Shown piece by piece: positions 23,160 to 35,399 of a DNA stretch of 64,000 nucleotides; within the stretch, counting starts at the first letter, position 1, and the number at the start of each line of letters is the position of its first letter. The position numbers were made by a program, and so were the translations under genes. The notes below the pieces were generated by a model that saw only the letters and a program-made list of their open reading frames with translations, searched no databases and was not told the origin of the DNA. Source of the DNA: Raillietiella orientalis (lineage: Eukaryota); NCBI GenBank assembly GCA_036172245.1, contig JAYWIR010000009.1:124001-188000 (forward strand). The letters are read 5' to 3'.

Positions 23160-23790
23160 AGCTTAAGAAGCTCTTGAAGCACCGTCCACGCCATTCGAGG
23201 GTGCGCGTGATTCTTCCAGTCACAGGGGGTAACCCCGGAGGGACTACCCTATGAATCCAGAAAGGGCTCCGGAGGAATCCTCTCCTGGAAATTCCGGAAA
23301 GCATCCTTTCCTGGAATTTCCATTCTGGATGGACCCCCAGCAAGGGAACCGCTCCTGGTTTCCTCCTCTGAAGGGGCGTTCCCAAAGTTCCTTGAAGAGA
23401 GCTTCTGACACTCTAGAGAAGCAACCCCCGAGGTGGGTATCAACCAGATCCAGGATACGCAATGGAAAGTTCGCTCCCGATGGGGGATTCCGATCCATTT
23501 CCGGAGTGGAACCCTGAGGCTCCTTGATGTCCTGGAAGGACTCTGGAGGGTCAAATTCCAATCCCAGTCAAATTCCAGCCGACGAAAGCATCCAGCTTGC
23601 ACCAATGCTGCCACACCTGAAGCCAATCGAGGCCAACCAGCGCCATCCAGCGGGAGGGACTCGAAACCCGTGATGCACCTCCCGTTCTTGGAGTCGATCC
23701 TTGCCCGGGAGGGATTCGAACCCGCGAAGCTCGGTGCCACGTGGATTGGAGGCCGCAGCCAAGCGACCTCCAGCGTGGGCTTCACGGGCA
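23160..23790 (-). repeat. Unclassified modular dispersed repeat, copy 3 (head plus array)
   Basis: GGGACTCGAAACCC and GGGAGGGATTCGAACCC head motifs; GAACCGCTCCTG.TT.CTCCTCTGAAGGG shared with 31651; CCCTATGAATCCAG shared (inverted) with 4672-4685. Confidence 0.8.
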
Positions 23791-24165
23791 CTTCCGACGA
23801 CGGCCGCAGGGAAGTCTGCAGAGGAGATGGAGGCAAAGGAAGGGATCGTCGGCTCCGGGGCACACAGTTGACCCCAAATTCAGCTGACACCCCTCCGGTA
23901 CAACAGCGGGAAGTTCAGCGGGAGCAGTGCCCTCGCTCGCCCGACAGGTCCCCGCCCGCAGTAGCAGCAGCGCCCTCGGCTGGCGCCGGCGACGTGGTGT
24001 GCGCGAGTGAGACGGAGGGCGTGCACCGAGGAACAAGAGGCCGTAAAACTTCCGAAAGGAAAAGTCAGCCATCCATTTATTGGCATTTCCTCAGAGTGTA
24101 ACGGGCGGCTGAAAGCTTGCGGCTCGCCACGTCCGTCTGGAGGGACACCTCTCCACCTCCGTGGG

Positions 24166-27100
24166 TCATCCGACAGTGGTGAGCTTGCGCTTGAGATTTT
24201 CGGCCAGTAGGTCCAGGAACTCGAAGGTGGTCAGGTAGTCCTCTCTTACAACGCTGAGGTGGAAAGGGGCCGCCATTCGGGCGGCCGGGGCTCCCGGGGA
24301 TCATAGGCGTCTTACCTGGAGGCGTCCTTTGTGCAGAGAGCGAGGTCCTTCGTCATGGAGCCGCTCTCGACGGTCTCGATGCAGACGGACTCCAGACGCT
24401 GGGAAAAACTCTTCAGCAGGCTGTTGCCGTCCAGCAAGGCTCGGTGGGCCAGTCCCCTCGTCCACGCAAAAATGGACGCCAGGGGATTGGTGGACGTTTC
24501 CTTGCCCTGCTGGTGCAGGCGGTAGTGTCTGGTGACGGTGCCGTGTGCGGCCTCCGACTCCATGGTCTTCCCGTCAGCGCACACCAGGACAGAGGTCATG
24601 AGCCCCAGGGAACCTGCAAAGGGGGGTCGGGTGAGACGGGGAGCACGGACTGGAGCGCGCGCACCGAAGCCCTGGGCGACACAGTCGGACTGCACGTCTC
24701 CGTCGTAGTTCTTGCAGGCCCATACGAAGCCGCCCTTGGACTTCATGACCTGGGCGACCATGTCGTCGATCAGCCTGTGCTCGTAGGTGAGGCCTGCCTC
24801 CTCGAACTTGGACTGGTAGCTCCTGAAGATGTGAGCCGAAAGAGAAGGGGAGAGAGGAGGTCGCTCTGGAGGAGCCGCGGGCATGCCACGCACCCTGTGT
24901 ACACCTTCTCGAAAATATCCCGGAACTTCCCGTCGTACTGCTTCAGGATGGTGTTTTTGGTGCTGAGGAAGAGCGGGAGCTGTCGCATCAGTGCGTACTG
25001 GAACGAGGTCTCTGCAAACTCTCTGATGGACTTTTCCGTGTTGAACATGGCCATGGCGATTCCGGGCCCGTCGAACGTGTGCACGGTCTGCTCGCTGCTG
25101 CTCCCGTCCGTGGATGTCCACTGCATCTTCAGTGTGCCCGGATGAGAGAAGCTCATCTCCGTCGCCTGGTACTGAAACCGCGTGGGTTCCGAGAAGGCCG
25201 CTCAGCCGAACACCCCACAGACGCACCTGGTCCCCGAAGGCGTGCCTGCCGATGACGATGGGCTTCGTCCAGCCGGGAACCAACCGGGGAATGTTCCTGC
25301 AGATGATGGGCTCCCTGAAGACGGTCCCCCCTATTATGTTTCGGATCGTCCCGTTAGGGGACTTCCACATCTTCTTGAGGTTGAACTCTGGGAATGGAGG
25401 CGACGCCCGTGGTAAAGCACCGGCACGTCAAGGGCCGCACAAGGACTCCAGCTGGCAGCATCCGCTGCTCGCAACCAAGGAGACCCCATAGCGACGAAGA
25501 GAGGGAAAGGACACGATGGACGACCGGGGGGGGGGGGAACGACCGCCTCGAGTTGCGGCCGCTCGCTTCGTGAAGCGTAACGAGCCGCTTCACGCAACAA
25601 GCAGTGCGCCGCCAACGAGGCGGGGTCCTTTTCGAAATCCCCCCCCCTTTCCAGATCCGACCGACCTCTTCGTCCTTTCACGAAACTCGCGCACCCCGTG
25701 GGAAAAGCAGGAGCGATTGATCCGCCCTGCAGTACTAGCCTGAACTCCTATCGACAAGGCGTCGTCCCAGAAGCAGTCAGGTCGGATGCTGCTTGCTTGA
25801 TAAAAACGCGCCTGGGTGATCCCACGTGGGGGATGCCAACGTGCGGGCAACGCGTCCTCCAAGGGGCGAGTTAAGCTGCGGGACAGTCTCTCCAAGCTGC
25901 GGGCGTACGCCCGTTGCTGGGATGCGTCCTCGCCGTGGCTCGCCACGGGGTGCGTGAGAGCACGTCTGCCGCGCGCGCCTGGCCAGCTGCGAAGGCCCGC
26001 TGGCCAGGCGCGGGCCTTTCTCAAACAGTCGAGGAACTTCCCCAATCCGCACGATTTGCCGCAGGCCCTGCAGCAGCACGCGCTCGGCACACCGCCGTTC
26101 CCGAACACGGAACAGAAAAAGATGAGCATCAGGCGCGAGTCGCCATCTCATCCAGGGGGTCCCGCGAACATAGCCATGCGCTCCAGTTGAGGGCACACCG
26201 CACCGGTGTGCGACACTCGAGAGAGCCAGATTCACCGGAGGCGCTGCGCCGCTCCATCAGCAAACTTTTTGCTGAGTCCAGCAGCTGCTAAAGGCGCCGC
26301 AGGCTCACTCCGGGCTGTCATGCGGCGCCCGGAGTGAGGCATCACTGAACAGAAAACCTTCAGCAGCTTCGGCAGCTGCCCGTCTCCTGGAGACGGGGAC
26401 TCCAGCAAGGAAACGAAAGAGACCAGCCGATTTCTCGAGTCACCCGCGGAGTGGCCATCCAAGAAACAGATATCACTACTACTCTGTTACTACTACTACT
26501 AAGACGACGACCACTACCTGAATGCTAAGTGGGGGAAGAACTCTTGAAGAACATCTGAAACCGAGACTGGAAGCTGGAAAACGCATGGGATGCAGAAGGC
26601 AGTCTCTAGGCGAGCATGCAAGCCTGCTCACCAAGGATCGGAAACTTGAAGGTGGTGGCCATGGAATCGCCAGGAGCATTGTCGCGACTGCTAAAATTGG
26701 CAGTGGCGATCCAACCGTTCTAGGATATAGACAGACGCGGGCACTGCCCTGCTGCGACCGGAAGCTCTGACAGCAAGATACGCCGACCCGGCTAACCATG
26801 GGTCCAATCAGACCGGCCCGTCTTCTGAGAAATGGGAACCGCCAGAGTCTCTAGGGTCCGAGTAACAACAAATGACCGTATGTCGACCGTCTAGCGTCTT
26901 CGTGTCCTTCCTTGCTTTGCTGCTGTCGACGACAAACTTGTTCCCCATTGGGTGGGCTGCAGCGCCTTCGCACCGTCGGACGAGATTCCTTTTTTTTTTC
27001 TTTCTTGACACGTCGCAACAGACATATTCACTTCGACGACACTATTTCGACATCTCCCTCCTAATGTGCTCTCCCCGGAAATTGGTGCCCACGCGTACGG

Positions 27101-30100
27101 ACGGTACGGCAAAGAAACTGCCGTCTGCGCAGCAGTCAACAGCTAACGACACGATTGCCAGTGATCATGAGGGTTGCTGGATGCGTGCCACAAGAGCACG
27201 TCTGCTCGTCAGCGGGTGTGCTGGTTCGAGGAGACACCAAAAGTAAGTTCCTGCGTGCCTCAGTGTTTCCCTTTCCCCTCCCATTTCATTTACGACGCGG
27301 AAGAGCAGTGGCGGTCTCGGACCGTGCCACAGCTCGGCTCTCGAATTGCAAGAGTTGTTTGTGGCACACGAACTTGTGCCTCGCAGGCAGCACAAGCCAC
27401 AAATCGGACCGCGATTTACCTCTGACTCTATTTTCATCCGGGGTTATGGTGGCGCACTTGATCCCTACGTTGTAGGTTTTGATGGCTTTCGCACATTCGA
27501 TGGTGACCTGGTCGTCGGTCTTGTCTCTGCTTTCGATTCCTAGGTCGTACGTGTGGAGATCCATATCCAACCACGGAAACAGCAGTTTGTCTTTAATGTC
27601 CGCCCAAATTATTCTACAACACAAGTGAGAAACTCTTCAGCACATGATCGGCAACAGTTGCAGGTTGCCGATTGCGAGGATCAATCGCGTGGGTGGTAAC
27701 TACCTATCGCGCAGGTCCCCCTTCAAGTGGTGGTCCCCTGTGCGACGCAGTAAACAAAGAAGTGAACAACGGTGAGCACGAAGTCGCGCCCCACTCTTTA
27801 AAGCCACGCATTATCTGCAACTATCCCTACGGCGAGAAGGCTGAAAGGAATGCGAAGAGAACCTTCCGTGTCAGGAGCCCCACTCGAACGAAAAGAAGTT
27901 CGGTCGGTGCCGTGTTCCAGCAGACAGCAGGAAGGAAGGTGCCGAAGAAGGTTGGCCAGCTCTCCGTGTGCCAATCGGGAAATTCAAAGCTAAATCATGC
28001 GCGTATCACACAAGAGCAAGAAAAAAATTCACCGGAAACATCAGGGTCATCGCAAACTTCGCCGGATTCACTTCGAGCAGGCACCGTCTGACCAGCGGCC
28101 ACGAACGCGTGGTTTCCAGCTGCTTTTCTGGACACGAGATGATCGTGTCCAACAAGAGGACTCTCTTGTCACTTTTACGCATCACTTTTTCCAGTGCGCT
28201 CGTGGCTTGACAGCGCCTCTGTATGCAACTCGCGCCGTTTGTCCGGTTGTCAAGTGCAATTCAATTGATTGCTTGTCTCGAAGGACTTCAGTCAACAAAA
28301 AACTGTTTGAACAGCTCTGTTATCTCTATCATTCGTGTGGCCTGGGTACGAGGGCAGGAAGAAGAGATTGCCGTTAGAGTTATCGAAGGGCACAAGTTAG
28401 AAACACCAAAATTACCATGCGAATAGCGAAAATCGGGAACGATTCCCGTCACGGGAGTCCAACTCCCCGCTGATCGCATGCGTGGATGGATACGACGACT
28501 CCCTGAGCTCGCCACATCAATATGGGCGCTCCGTTTGTGACAACATCTGTGCATGACGTCATGATCAGCACGGAGAAGGCGCTGCTGCAACGAGGAGAGA
28601 AGGGATCGAATGGGCGCTGCTGGCAGATGTGGACCTCAGTGTACAACGTGCGTCTGGAAGGACCTCGGGAATCCATACAGAAAAAGTCTGCCTCGCGTAG
28701 TGGCGAGATCGCAACCAAATTTTGAATAGTGGACCACGCTGCCACGCTAACGAGCAGAAGAGAGCAGGCACGCACTAGAAGACTGCCCGGGGACAACACT
28801 TTGTGCGCGGTCTCCTGACACCTCTGGGCTTTTCCTACGCCGTAGCCAAAGGCATCAGGAATGCACGTAACTGCTGTATTCAGATAGTGCTTGCAAAAAG
28901 TTTAGGGAGGGTGCTCCGGTTGTCACCAACACCGTAAAATGGGCCTTCCAAAGAAGCGATCCTTGACAAAAACACACACGAGCACTAAATGCACAGTCGT
29001 GGAGAACATGAAAAAGTTACGATGCATTTGAGCTAAAAGTTGAACATCGACATCCTGTGAGGTCTCCCACTCTTATCTGCTGGCCATCGAGGACTGGCCA
29101 TTGATGATGGAAATCCTTTCGGGTTCTTCGGGACTCCCCAGAAGGAGCCACTCCCCATTTCTTCCTCGAGGGGAACCCAGAAAGGATCTTCTGGAATTTT
29201 CACTCCGGAGGGACCGCCCGCAAGAGACGCTTCCAATCCTGGCCACTTAACGGAAGCATCCGGTTTCCGGATTCCACCAGCGCAGCACCCGGGTGTGAAC
29301 CCAAACTGTGCAAGCTGCTATTGGACTGTGTTGCCCTCCAACCCCTTTGGGGACGCTCTGCCGAGACCCTTGAAACCCACGGAGGCAACGCCAGAGACAT
29401 TCTGAAGTGCCTCTTCCTGCGCGATACCCTCACACCGGCCGCCTCCCCACCCACGATCCCGCCGCGTGGCAGTCAGTAGCTTTTAGCAGCCACGCGGTGG
29501 GTTCGTGGCTGCATGGAAGAACGCCAGAGGAGGCCAAAACCACACGGACGCCATCTATTTTCTATCCTCTTCATGAGAACAGTGTCAAGATGGTCCCATC
29601 TGAGAACCATAAAACTTGCCGGCATCCTTACAAGGATGCAGAGGGCGCCCTCTAGCGAACAGTGATCTCCTCCCGACCCCCCTCTCTTTCCTTTCTTTTT
29701 TGACCGTTTTTTGTTTTTTTCTTCCTTTTTGTTTGTCTCCCCTTCCCTTCCCCTGTGCTGCGAGGCGAACCTTGATGGCCTAGCAGGTTCCTTTTCGTAT
29801 TCATAAGTAACGTGGCAGGATCAAACGTCCTGTCACCGACATGTAGGTTTATTTTATAAAGGAACGCCCCGGGGTGACCGGGTATCAACCAGCGCCGCGC
29901 CCGAAGCCTACAGGCCAACCATCCTGTGGGGAGAGATGAGGGGGAGGGAACTCGAAACCCACGACGCACCCTCCATGCTCGGGGTCGATTCTTCCCCGGG
30001 TGGGATTCGGACGCATAACGGTCGGTGCCATGCGTGGAGGCCGCAGCTGAACGGCTGCCAACGCGGGTCTTAGCAATGAGCTCCCGATGTTTCTAAGGTG

Positions 30101-33100
30101 TCACGTGATAATCGCAGATTAACATCTGTCAACAGACGAGCTTCAAGATACAAAAAAAACCGACCCAGAGTTATCGCAATCTAGAGACGAACCATTTTGC
30201 TTTTCCACGTGGGAACCTGCGATGTAACGTCGCAATTGGTTACTCCCTTACAATTCGCAGTGGTGGTGCTCACGCGTTGCCAGCAGCCGCACGTGCTTTA
30301 AACGCCTCCTCACTCACGAGAAGCGGAATAAAAAAACGATACTACCCACAACCCGCTCTGGTTTTGCTGTTTGCGAAACAAGCCGCGTTTACTTTATTCT
30401 AAGAGCCTGTGCCTAGGATGCGTGGCCTGAACCAATAATCCCGGAAGCAAGTGAAACCGGAACTACTTTCGGCTACTTCTCCACCCAGTCGGCAAAGAAC
30501 GTTGATTCGGAAGCAGTACACCCAATCGAGACTTTATAAGAAGATTACTCGGTCCTTTCCTTTGCTGAGATTTCCCAGGCAAGGCGCGCAATCTAGGAAC
30601 TCTCCCCCTCCGGAGAGAGTTTGCTCCGTTGGCTCACTGAAGCCATCTTTTGACGAAACGGCTGCAGCAACAGCAGTGGTGCAGCGACGAGATCGCGTCC
30701 CTTTCCCTTCGAGCTTAAAAAACTGCGGCATCCGCATAACCCGGAGTCTGGGCGTCCGCCCCCAAACCGTACGCAATGCCGAGGCATTGCTGACTCATCG
30801 ACGCCTCTCTCTGCCACGAGAATGCCATTCCACGGACATGTCAATCTTTAGCTGATTCTTCAGAGGTCTAAAGTTGATGACTGCTTCGCTTTTGCATTGC
30901 CGTTGCACGCGAGAGCAGGCAATGAAGGGAGCAAGCTCTGTTTTCATACCGGTTACCGACAGAAAGGAAAAACGGAGTGGGGAAAAAAAAAAAAAATACC
31001 CTCGATCAGGTTGAATCGGGCTGCTAAATTTCTATGTTGGCGTCCTTGAAAAATCCCCAGCTAGACTTCGACGGTTTTCAGAGTGTGATCCTCTTCGGTG
31101 CTCCCTTGGATGCTTCGTCCGATGGATTACGACGCATTCGAATGTATTGCCCTTTTGCCCACTACAGGAAATCTCGATCTCGTTTCCACATTTACAAACA
31201 CTGGAAAAATAAATGAGAAATGAAACGCTTGCAAGCTGACTTTGCTCGGAAGAACCTGTGGCTCGTTTCCCCATGTCTCCTGGGCGGAATCCCGCCATGG
31301 CGTTCTTTTCGATCTCCTCTTTTGTGAACGCCCAAGACACTAAAAAGTGTCTTGGGCGATGTCTTAGAACGATGGCAATCCTTCTTAGCTGTTTTTTTGG
31401 GGGATTCGCTGAGTACTTTAAGAACCAGCGGCCCACGGAGCTCTTTGAGACTGTTCCTCACCGCACCCGGGAGTACGTGTTAATTCTTCAAGATACCGGG
31501 AGGGGGCCGCTTCTCACGCCTGGGGAGGGATCCCCGAAGGGAACCTTCCAGCCCTGGTTGTCTCCGAAGGGAACCCGGAAGAGAATCTTCCTTTTACTCT
31601 CTCCGGAGGGACCCCCGAAGGGATCCGCTCCATGTTTTCTTCTGCGGAGGGAACCGCTCCTGTTTACTCCTCTGAAGGGAAACTCTTTCGGTACATTCCC
31701 GTTCCGTCCAGAATATTCGGGACGAACCCAATTCTGATACTAGAATTGAACGTCCCTTGCTCGATTCATGATGCCGCAGTTGCCGAGCCACCGTCTGCTT
31801 TCAGCAATTTCCTATCCGAGGGACGGAATCTCGCAAAGCACGTGGATGCTTGGCGAAACGGCACGTCCCCTTATCTCGCGGATCCCACGTTTTACTTTCC
31901 CTGCATTCCCCGACTCGTCTTGAGTTTCCTCCTCCTACCGAATGCTTGCAACTGGGAGAGCTGGCGCGGGTGGAGGAGAGAAAGTGGGGGGGAACTGCCG
32001 GGGAGCGGAAACCTCCCCGGAACCGAGTGAACGCAACGGGAGTATGCTGTGAATGTCCCTTCCGTTGCGAATGTGGACTGTCATCATCATCATCACGTTA
32101 AAAAAAAAAAAAAAAAAAAAAGCGTGTTTCTGCACCGCTGATTGCACCTGAATTCCCATAGACTTAACGAACGCACGATAAATGCGCTGTCATTCCGATG
32201 AGCTGTGAATATTATACTGTCCTTTCTGCAAAAAAAAATAATTCCTCCCTTCCTTCGCTTGTGCAGTGCTCTATAACAACTATTTCCTTCAATGCCTCGA
32301 AATGTTCTTTAAGAAGGGTTTTATTTAACAGGCAAATATTAGGTCACCACCATCCAAAAGAATCCAATAGCTAATACAGGAGATGGAAAAGCAAATGCAC
32401 GCGCTATCAGGAGTTGGCATGTAAATAGGTACAGGACACGTCGGTCCACTTCTAATTCACTGTTTTGATACACAGTGTACCAATACTATTTGCAAGGAGG
32501 GAGGGGGAGGGAGGGGAAATGAACCTGAGGAAACTACCTGAGTGGTCACAAAATATAAATACAAATGATTGAACGTGTCAGGATTCTTTTGCACTTTCAA
32601 AACACACATTTTCTGCATTACAAGCATTAGGTGACATTTCGCACTGTTAATGGCAGGGTGACTTTTAATATCCGATAGTACTATCTAACATATGGGTAAA
32701 CACTATGCATTACTGTTCAGGGCAATTAATTTTTTCACGAGCTTCTAAAAATTTAGGTGCCCTCCACTGTGACCAGTTTTCTATTAAAGATTAAATTCTA
32801 CGGATGCTAAAGTGATTTTGTGATAACCTATGCATTAATCTGAACCAGATTTGATATATGTAGACATAAGAACATAACTCAGTGAACACAAAAAAGTATC
32901 ACTAAGAAATGAGGAAGAATAAATTGTCAGCAAATACTTGTTATTACCTAGTCATTTCATCTCCAAGAACATCCACAATGGGACCACCTACAACAGAAAA
33001 TCAATCAGCATAAAATGAATGCTTTTTCTGTATACAACACCTGATTTTACATCTCGCAAATTGAATTGATTAATATCTGATACATGCTAGAATTGCAGGC

Positions 33101-33306
33101 TTACTTAAAATGCCGGAAGATTATGTAATCATACACATACACAAACAAAGTTAAAAGAGAGAGAGAGAGAAGGGGAGGGGGAAACGGAAGCTTCCGCTCA
33201 AGGAATGATTCAAATCAAGAATCTGCGATAGCTCTGGAAATATCATTAATCTAAAACATTTAACCTACAGTTCTGGATACTTGCATTTTATCTTTTCCCA
33301 CGCCAT
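24166..33306 (-). CDS. IDH1: NADP-dependent isocitrate dehydrogenase (IDH1-type)
   Basis: Exons 33306-33285 (MAWEKIK), 32987-32948 ([14 protein letters not shown]), 27613 to about 27419 ([15 protein letters not shown]), and 25388 onward ([69 protein letters not shown]). Last exon [10 protein letters not shown]...KLTTVG with stop at 24166-24168; AATAAA about 85 nt downstream. Confidence 0.96.
28480..28720 (+). mobile_element. Decayed Penelope-like RT fragment in IDH1 intron
   Basis: [23 protein letters not shown] resembles G.AMGAPFAP..A..FM...E..LL, followed by a disrupted W.RYVDD-like segment (TGGCAGATGTGGAC). Confidence 0.38.
29100..30075 (-). repeat. Unclassified modular dispersed repeat, copy 4 (most complete: head, hairpin module, array fragment), in IDH1 intron
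   Basis: Collinear similarity to 2790-3360 over about 600 bp; 29100-29230 matches the ~40-bp array (translation [19 protein letters not shown] versus SLAGDPSGEEIPGADPFRVP at 4.45 kb). Confidence 0.8.
31430..31685 (-). repeat. Unclassified modular dispersed repeat, copy 5 (array plus tail), in IDH1 intron
   Basis: Reverse complement CTTCAGAGGAGTAAACAGGAGCGG...CCCTTCGGAGACAACCAGGG...CCCAGGCGTGAGA...GTATCTTGAAGAATT aligns with 4426-4725. Confidence 0.8.
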
Positions 33307-33549
33307 TCCTGGTTGTGCTTAATGACAGCCAATCACCTAAATTCAACGGTTTATTTCTCGAAATGGTACCCAAAATGTTTCCTAATGCATAAACTTCCTC
33401 GGATACACTAGAAAACATTTTAACAGATTGAAAATTCACATGGATATGAACTTTTCATTCGTTCTTTCAGCGGGTGATTCTCGTGCAGGACGTGTGCCGA
33501 ACGGGTGGCATTCGTGAGGTGGACAAAACCGAACGGGCGGCTTACGCAA

Positions 33550-33790
33550 CCGCGGCCATGTTAAGGGTGCCAACTATTCGCGCGGAGCGTTGAACTTTTA
33601 TTCCGCGACGGAGCCTCCTTCGTTTTCGATTCGCGTCTGCAGAGCGTGGCCTTCGGTGAAATTGGCCATTTCAAACAATTTCCTCGCAACACCTCAGAAA
33701 AATAAATACCGACGTCGTAATCGGCAGGAGCAGCCTAGCGTTGGTTCCGTTTGAGGGGAAGGGGAGGAAATCCTTAAGTACGTGCATTCT
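33550..33790. promoter_or_regulatory. Probable bidirectional promoter (IDH1 / SNX29)
   Basis: CpG-rich island in AT-rich DNA, with a minus-strand donor (GC|GTAAGC at 33545) and a plus-strand donor-like site (TAA|GTACGT at about 33778) pointing outward. The link to SNX29 is inferred. Confidence 0.45.
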
Positions 33791-35399
33791 CCCTATTCTG
33801 CCACATGTTCGAAGATTTGCTTATGACACTCCGAAAGTACGTGGATCACTAGAACTGCGAAAGAACCTTGGTATCTTTTTTTTGGTTCCGGGCGACTGGG
33901 ACAAGATGCCGCTAACTCGATTCGAAAATTCGTCAGGTGGCAAAAGCACTTGCAAAACCTTCGGAATGTTTATCGGAAATCACAAAATAGCATGGCAGTT
34001 CAACGAATCCAACACGGATGCGTGTGCTGCTGAATATCTTACACATCTGCACATCCTTTGAGAGGTTCGATCATCGGAGACGAAAACCAGACAGGCACAC
34101 ATTTTGCACACATTCCCAAGCTGCTTAATTCAAGAGAAAAATCGTTATTTCACGAGAAAGTGGATTGGCTACACAGAAGCGGGATACTTAGGGGTGCAGA
34201 AACAGCGGATCTTAAGCAGTTCGCAAGCACTTCAATTTAATGGAAAGTTTGTATTTTTTTGTATTGCACAAAGCTTTAGGGGAAAACTGCATTTAACAAT
34301 TAAGTTTTCGGCACTGCACTCCATCTCTAATTGCCATCGGAATGATTAATGGATTGGTTCCCATTTGATGACATTAATCGAGCATCAAGTAAAAATCTTT
34401 GTTGCTCGCATGATTTTTAAATTACACGGCAGATCATTTTGATTCGTTTACACCATGAAGGCTTTTGCATTGCATTTCTTTCAAATCAGCTCTTCTGAGA
34501 TACATAACCGTTCAAATTCCCTTATAAGCGTTAGTCTTACGTTCAAATGTGTGTTTGTGTACAACCTATTACGATTCTCTTTGTAAAAGAGAATGGAGTG
34601 ACAAAGAAAAGCATATTACTGCCAACAGTTCACCAGGATTAGTATAACATAAAATCAGTGCATACTATTACTATAAAACAAATTGGCAAAGTAAGGAGGG
34701 ACCCTTATCAAAGAATGTTTGAACAAAGATTTTGAGTTACGAGTTGGGTGAAACGAGTCTGAAGGGCAAATCGTGACCCCCAATTCCAGTAATCCAGAGA
34801 ACGATTGCGCGTGCGTATGACATACGGTGTTTGTAATGTGTATTTCTGTGATATAAGCGTCGGACCCTATAATATCAGCCCCTCATCAGTTTGTGTGCCA
34901 TATTCTACATTTCCAAACAAGTTGGGATGCCTTTTAGAGCTGAGGATTTGTGATTCATGACGTTGGTCAGTTAAAAATAAAGGATCGTGTCCTATTTGAA
35001 ATCAGCAAATCAAGCACGGATAGACATACAGGGTTTTCACGGTTTTGTTTCCTCTTCATTTTGCCATTTTTTGCATCCATAAAGTTAATCCACGATAAAG
35101 GAATATTTATTTACTGATTCATACAATGCCCCAATCTTGATTTTGTTTGTTTAAGCTAGAATTACTAAAGACCAAAATTTTGCACTGTTTGTAGAAAAAC
35201 TGCTAATAATAATAAGTGATGAAACGTCTCTATTTCGGAACACTTAACTACATTAGCGTACAGCAGTAGAATAGTAGAAATTGAAGATACATAGATACTT
35301 TTTGGTGGAAAATAATTCATGGTCTTCTCGATGCTAATTCTTTAAAACGAAGTATTTGTTTGAATTTTCAGTGTGGATTCTTCTCTGGTTAAAAAGGAA

